A stretch of DNA of 64,000 nucleotides from Candidatus Poribacteria bacterium (GTDB lineage: Bacteria; Poribacteria; WGA-4E; UBA9662), in the NCBI GenBank assembly GCA_036339735.1, contig JAYZAL010000079.1:69592-133591 (forward strand), read 5' to 3'. The translations under genes and the position numbers were made by a program. Positions 60,026-64,000 of the stretch are shown here, in pieces. The notes beneath the pieces were generated by a model. That model did no database searches. It was not told the DNA's origin and was given only the letters and a program-made list of their open reading frames with translations. Within the stretch, counting starts at the first letter, position 1. Each line of letters opens with the position of its first letter.

Positions 60026-60805
60026 TTGGATATCCTGCAAGTTTTTGAATCTCAGATAACCATTGTCTTGTTATTACTAGTCAGAACAGGGGCGATTATT
60101 TTTTCAGCTCCTGTTTTTGGTAGCACTAGCATTCCACCTCTATTGAAAGTAGGAGCGACTGTGTTGTTGGTGTTAGCGTTATTACCAGTGATTCAGCAAC
60201 CTGCATTGACTGCGGTTGACTCTTTTTTGGGTTACTCACTGCATGTAGTTCGGGAAATATTCATCGGATTGATAATTGGTTTTGTCACGTCGTTGTTGAT
60301 GAACAGTTTTTTTATTGCGGGGCAAGCTGTAGATACTCAAATGGGACTAGGAGTAATGAATGTAATTGACCCTCTCTCAAAAGTACATACTCCGATCATT
60401 GGCCAAATCAAATTTTTGATCGCGGTGATGATTTTTTTGTCTTTGGATGGCCCATATAAAGTTATTCAGGCATTGCTGTGGAGTTACGAAATGTTACCCA
60501 TATCTGAATTGACACTTCCTAGTTTCGGTCGTGGGATTCTCCGCTTATCAGTTGACATGTGGCTAATTGCGATCAAAATTGCAGCTCCAGTCATGGCTGC
60601 AGTTCTGTTGACACATATAGGGTTGGGTATGGTTGCAAAAACCGTACCTCAAATGAACGTGTTTTTGGTTGGATTTACTTTGACAATTAGTGTAGGACTG
60701 ATTACTGTATACGCTTCTCTGACTTGGTTTCGGCCACTGACTGAAGATTTATTTGATCAACTGTTTGAGCAAATTGGCTTTTTACTTCAATCAGATAATC
60801 AATAG
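60026..60805 (+). CDS. fliR: Export gate protein FliR
   Basis: R..APVF, EIFIG, AGQAVDTQMG, IAAP, PQMNVF. Confidence 0.94.
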   Translation: MDILQVFESQITIVLLLLVRTGAIIFSAPVFGSTSIPPLLKVGATVLLVLALLPVIQQPALTAVDSFLGYSLHVVREIFIGLIIGFVTSLLMNSFFIAGQAVDTQMGLGVMNVIDPLSKVHTPIIGQIKFLIAVMIFLSLDGPYKVIQALLWSYEMLPISELTLPSFGRGILRLSVDMWLIAIKIAAPVMAAVLLTHIGLGMVAKTVPQMNVFLVGFTLTISVGLITVYASLTWFRPLTEDLFDQLFEQIGFLLQSDNQ

Positions 60806-60816
60806 ATAAAGAATAT

Positions 60817-61899
60817 ATGGCTGATCCAGAAAAGATATACCCTGCAACTCCTCATAAACGGAATGAATCTCGAAAGAGAGGTCAAGTCGCGAAAAGCCAA
60901 GACCTAAGTGCTGTTTTCAACTTGATCGGTGTGTTGATGTTTTTTTATTTAACAAAATACACCGTATGGGACCAAATGGCATCTGTTTATTCGGTTGCCT
61001 TTAAGGCCATTCCTCTTGTTGATCAGAACCCGATCATATCTTTCCTTTCTGTAATGAGAATTTTAGGTAGTATTATTACTCCGATATTGTTGTTAGGTAT
61101 GATTTTTGGTGTACTTGGGAATATATTGCAGATTGGTGTAATGTTTTCAGCTGAAGCCCTTATTCCAAAATTTGACAAATTAAACCCTATCAATGGGCTT
61201 AAGCGCTTAGTTTCGATAAGAGGCTTAGTTGAGTTGGCCAAGTCAGTATTCAAATTGTCAGTAATCACCTATGTTGTAGCTTCGGTTTTAATTGATGATT
61301 ACCCAACGTTATTAGCTCTTGGTAAGGCGGGTATGACACATACTAAAGCCGTCAGCTTAGTTGTTGCGACTGCTGGTGGTATAGCCTTCGAAATAATGCT
61401 AAAAGTTGCTCTAATTTTGTTAATTTTGGCTATACTTGACTATCTCTATCAAAAATGGCAACATGAACAAGACATTCGAATGACAAAAGAAGAAATGAGA
61501 GAAGAAATGAAAAGAACGGAAGGTGATCCTGAAATTCGTCGTCGAATCCGTTCGGTTCAGCGAGAATTGTCGATGGCTCGAATGATGAAAGAAGTTCCTG
61601 AGGCTGACGCAGTCATCACAAACCCTACTCATATTGCCATTGCCATTAAATATGAGTATGAAACAATGGAAGCTCCTTATGTGGTTGCAAAAGGAGAGCG
61701 TCAAGTAGCCCTCAAGATTCGGGAAATTGCGATAGAGAATAACATCCCGACAATTGAAAATCCACCATTGGCAAGGGCTTTATACAAAAATGCCGAAGTT
61801 GGTGAAGTTATACCAATGGAATTCTATCAAGCAGTGGCTGAAGTTCTAGCTTACGTGGATGAGTTGACACAACGATTTAGCGATTTATCTGCTGCCTGA
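60817..61899 (+). CDS. flhB: Export switch protein FlhB
   Basis: ATPHK..R..GQVAKSQDL, KFDKLNP, EGDPEI, NPTH autocleavage site, PPLARAL. Confidence 0.96.
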   Translation: MADPEKIYPATPHKRNESRKRGQVAKSQDLSAVFNLIGVLMFFYLTKYTVWDQMASVYSVAFKAIPLVDQNPIISFLSVMRILGSIITPILLLGMIFGVLGNILQIGVMFSAEALIPKFDKLNPINGLKRLVSIRGLVELAKSVFKLSVITYVVASVLIDDYPTLLALGKAGMTHTKAVSLVVATAGGIAFEIMLKVALILLILAILDYLYQKWQHEQDIRMTKEEMREEMKRTEGDPEIRRRIRSVQRELSMARMMKEVPEADAVITNPTHIAIAIKYEYETMEAPYVVAKGERQVALKIREIAIENNIPTIENPPLARALYKNAEVGEVIPMEFYQAVAEVLAYVDELTQRFSDLSAA

Positions 61900-61921
61900 A
61901 AAATAAGTACAAAAAATAATT

Positions 61922-64000
61922 ATGGAAGCTACTCGAGCAAATGCACCATCAGCCTTGAATCAATATAGCGGGAGTATTTTCATCGCTATTAGTATCATCT
62001 CTATTCTGCTGGTGATGATACTACCAATGCCATCTTGGTTTTTGGATTTTCTGCTAACGTTCAATATTACTTTTGCAATTCTAATTTTGATGTTAGCTGT
62101 ATACGTGGCGTCTCCTCTCGAGCTAGCTGTTTTCCCTTCGTTGCTTTTGGTTACGACTCTTTACCGATTAGCGTTGAACTTAGCGTCAACTAAGTTGATT
62201 CTGCTTAATGCAGTTGATGCAGAGGGGAACCCTTATTTAGGTGCGGCAGGTGATGTAATCCGAGTCTTTGGCGATTTAGTGGCGGGTCAGAACCCTGTAG
62301 TTGGGTTCATTGTGTTTGTCATTTTGATTGCAATCCAATATATTGTCATCACAAACGGTGCACAGCGGGTGGCAGAAGTACGTGCTCGTTTTACTTTAGA
62401 TGCAATGCCTGGGAAGCAGATGTCGATAGATGCTGATCTGAATGCTGGACTTATTGACGAAAATCAGGCTCGACAAAGACGGGAAGATATCGGACGAGAG
62501 CAAGACTTTTACGGTTCTATGGACGGTGCCAGTAAATTTGTAAAAGGCGATGCTATTGCCGCTATTATCATTGTGATCGTCAATATTGTTGGTGGTATTG
62601 TGATTGGTATTTTACAGAAAGGTCTGACCTTTGGTCAGGCGGCTCAGACTTACACTTTGCTGACTATTGGTGATGGATTAGTTTCTCAGATTCCCGCGCT
62701 GATTATTTCGACCGCGACAGGCTTAGTAATTACACGATCAGCTTCAGAAGAAGACCTTGGTCAAGATGTAGCACGCCAGCTCTTGGCCCATCCGCGAGCT
62801 TTGATTGTGGGAGCTATTGCTTTATTTTTGCTAGCTTTCACAGGCTTACCTTTCCTTCCATTTCTAACTTTTTCAATAATACTTATTGCTCTTGCCATTT
62901 ATTTAGGCCAACGTCAGCAGGCTATACAACTTGAAATGGAAACAAGTGACATAATGGCTCCCGCAGAAGAAGATGATGATACACTTCAAACACCAGACAT
63001 TGATGCTGTTCTAGTGAAGGTCGGTTATGGTCTGGTTCCTTTCGTTGATGAAGCTCAAGGTGGTGACTTGCTCGATAGAATTCCGAAGCTAAGAAGTCGT
63101 TTAGTTAATGATCTTGGTTTCCCTGTACCTTTGATTAGGGTTCGGGATGATCTTCTGTTGGGTTCCAATAAATACAGTATTGAGCTTTGGGGGGTTTCAA
63201 TTGCTGAAGGTGAATTGATGCCTGGACATATGATGGCCCTTAGCCCAAGCGGTATCACACAACAAACAGTGGATGGAATTGATACTGTTGAACCTATTTA
63301 CGGTCATCCTGCCCTTTGGATACTGGAAGCCAACCAACAGCAGGCAAGGGATGCAGGCTACACAACAATTGTTAGTCCTGATGACGTTCTAATTACTCAT
63401 TTAGAAGATGTTATTAAACGGCATGGGGCCGAACTGTTATCCTTACAGGTAACACAGGATTTGATTGACGCTCAGAGAGATTTGAACCCCATACTGGTTG
63501 AATCCGTCATTACAGAACAAGCACTTACCATCGTTGATGTTCAGAAGGTTCTCAAGTTTTTGTTAGAGGAACAAGTTCCTATTCGTAACCTACAGTTGAT
63601 TTTGGAAACCCTGGCCGACCATGGTCGTGATAGTAAGGACGCTACTGAGTTGACAATTGCAGTCAGGCAAACCTTGCGTCGTGAAATTATTAACAGTTAC
63701 GTAACCGAAAGTGGAAGCCTTGCAGTAGTCATGTTGTCCCCATCGCTACAACAAACTTTGAATCAATCCATCCAGACTGGTGAAGGTGTAAATCCTTCAA
63801 TTATTCGACAAATGTTAGAGAGTTTATCCCAACATATTCAGGGCGCTTCTAATCGTGGAATTCGACCAGTAGTTTTGGTGTGTCCGGCTGTTATCCGTTA
63901 CCAAGTACGTAACTGGATTGCAGCTTCTTTACCTAGTTTGCCAGTTATTGCTTATGAAGAAATGACAACTAACGTTAACTGGGAAACCATTGGTATAGTG
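61922..64000 (+). CDS. flhA: Export apparatus protein FlhA (runs off the window; absent from the ORF track)
   Basis: ATG 61922: ..FPSLLLVTTLYRLALN.AST, RVAEV.ARFTLDAMPGKQMSIDADL, DFYGSMDGASKFVKGDA, LLTIGDGLVSQIPAL; no stop before 64000. Confidence 0.96.
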   Translation, partial: MEATRANAPSALNQYSGSIFIAISIISILLVMILPMPSWFLDFLLTFNITFAILILMLAVYVASPLELAVFPSLLLVTTLYRLALNLASTKLILLNAVDAEGNPYLGAAGDVIRVFGDLVAGQNPVVGFIVFVILIAIQYIVITNGAQRVAEVRARFTLDAMPGKQMSIDADLNAGLIDENQARQRREDIGREQDFYGSMDGASKFVKGDAIAAIIIVIVNIVGGIVIGILQKGLTFGQAAQTYTLLTIGDGLVSQIPALIISTATGLVITRSASEEDLGQDVARQLLAHPRALIVGAIALFLLAFTGLPFLPFLTFSIILIALAIYLGQRQQAIQLEMETSDIMAPAEEDDDTLQTPDIDAVLVKVGYGLVPFVDEAQGGDLLDRIPKLRSRLVNDLGFPVPLIRVRDDLLLGSNKYSIELWGVSIAEGELMPGHMMALSPSGITQQTVDGIDTVEPIYGHPALWILEANQQQARDAGYTTIVSPDDVLITHLEDVIKRHGAELLSLQVTQDLIDAQRDLNPILVESVITEQALTIVDVQKVLKFLLEEQVPIRNLQLILETLADHGRDSKDATELTIAVRQTLRREIINSYVTESGSLAVVMLSPSLQQTLNQSIQTGEGVNPSIIRQMLESLSQHIQGASNRGIRPVVLVCPAVIRYQVRNWIAASLPSLPVIAYEEMTTNVNWETIGIV

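Noticed and set aside
1-64000. CRISPR array or cas operon suggested by the Cas4-like gene
   Set aside because: No regularly spaced direct repeats and no cas1/cas2 or effector genes seen.
46813-64000. Non-flagellar injectisome (Sct) cluster
   Set aside because: FlgB, FliE, full FliG/FliM, FliL, FliO, FlbD and MotAB are flagellar-specific; no secretin, SctD or needle gene is present.

Overview
A gene-dense, AT-rich (roughly 40% GC by eye) bacterial chromosomal segment with no CRISPR array, prophage, integrase or IS element. The first ~42.5 kb hold metabolic and envelope genes: an M28 peptidase, two sulfatases, a GH95 fucosidase, three PhyH-type dioxygenases, UxuA-like and DHDPS-like enzymes, gnd, an amidase, hisI-trpE-trpG, hflX, tRNA-Leu(CAG), and several exported WD40/PD40/TPR proteins. 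The last ~21 kb are one co-directional flagellar-type operon in spirochaete/Firmicutes gene order: a 1223-aa unknown TPR protein, a frameshifted FlgN-like gene, flgB, fliEFGHIJ, ylxF/flbB-like, flbD, motAB, fliLM, two fliN, fliOPQR, flhB and flhA (truncated by the window edge). flgC and fliK-flgD-flgE are cleanly missing from their usual slots, while the stator (Na+-type signature), C-ring and export gate are intact. The protein repertoire (NYPNPFNPETWIPFQL tail, C-terminal T[ST]W-x-x-[IL][KR] motif, PhyH/sulfatase richness) suggests Candidatus Poribacteria, possibly a free-living lineage; this is inference from recalled motifs, not a search result. Other points of interest are a 24/29-identical dyad motif shared by two distant promoters, an A11 tract in the putative operon promoter, and a long terminator-containing leader before hisI-trpE-trpG. 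Three single-base losses in homopolymers may be long-read errors.
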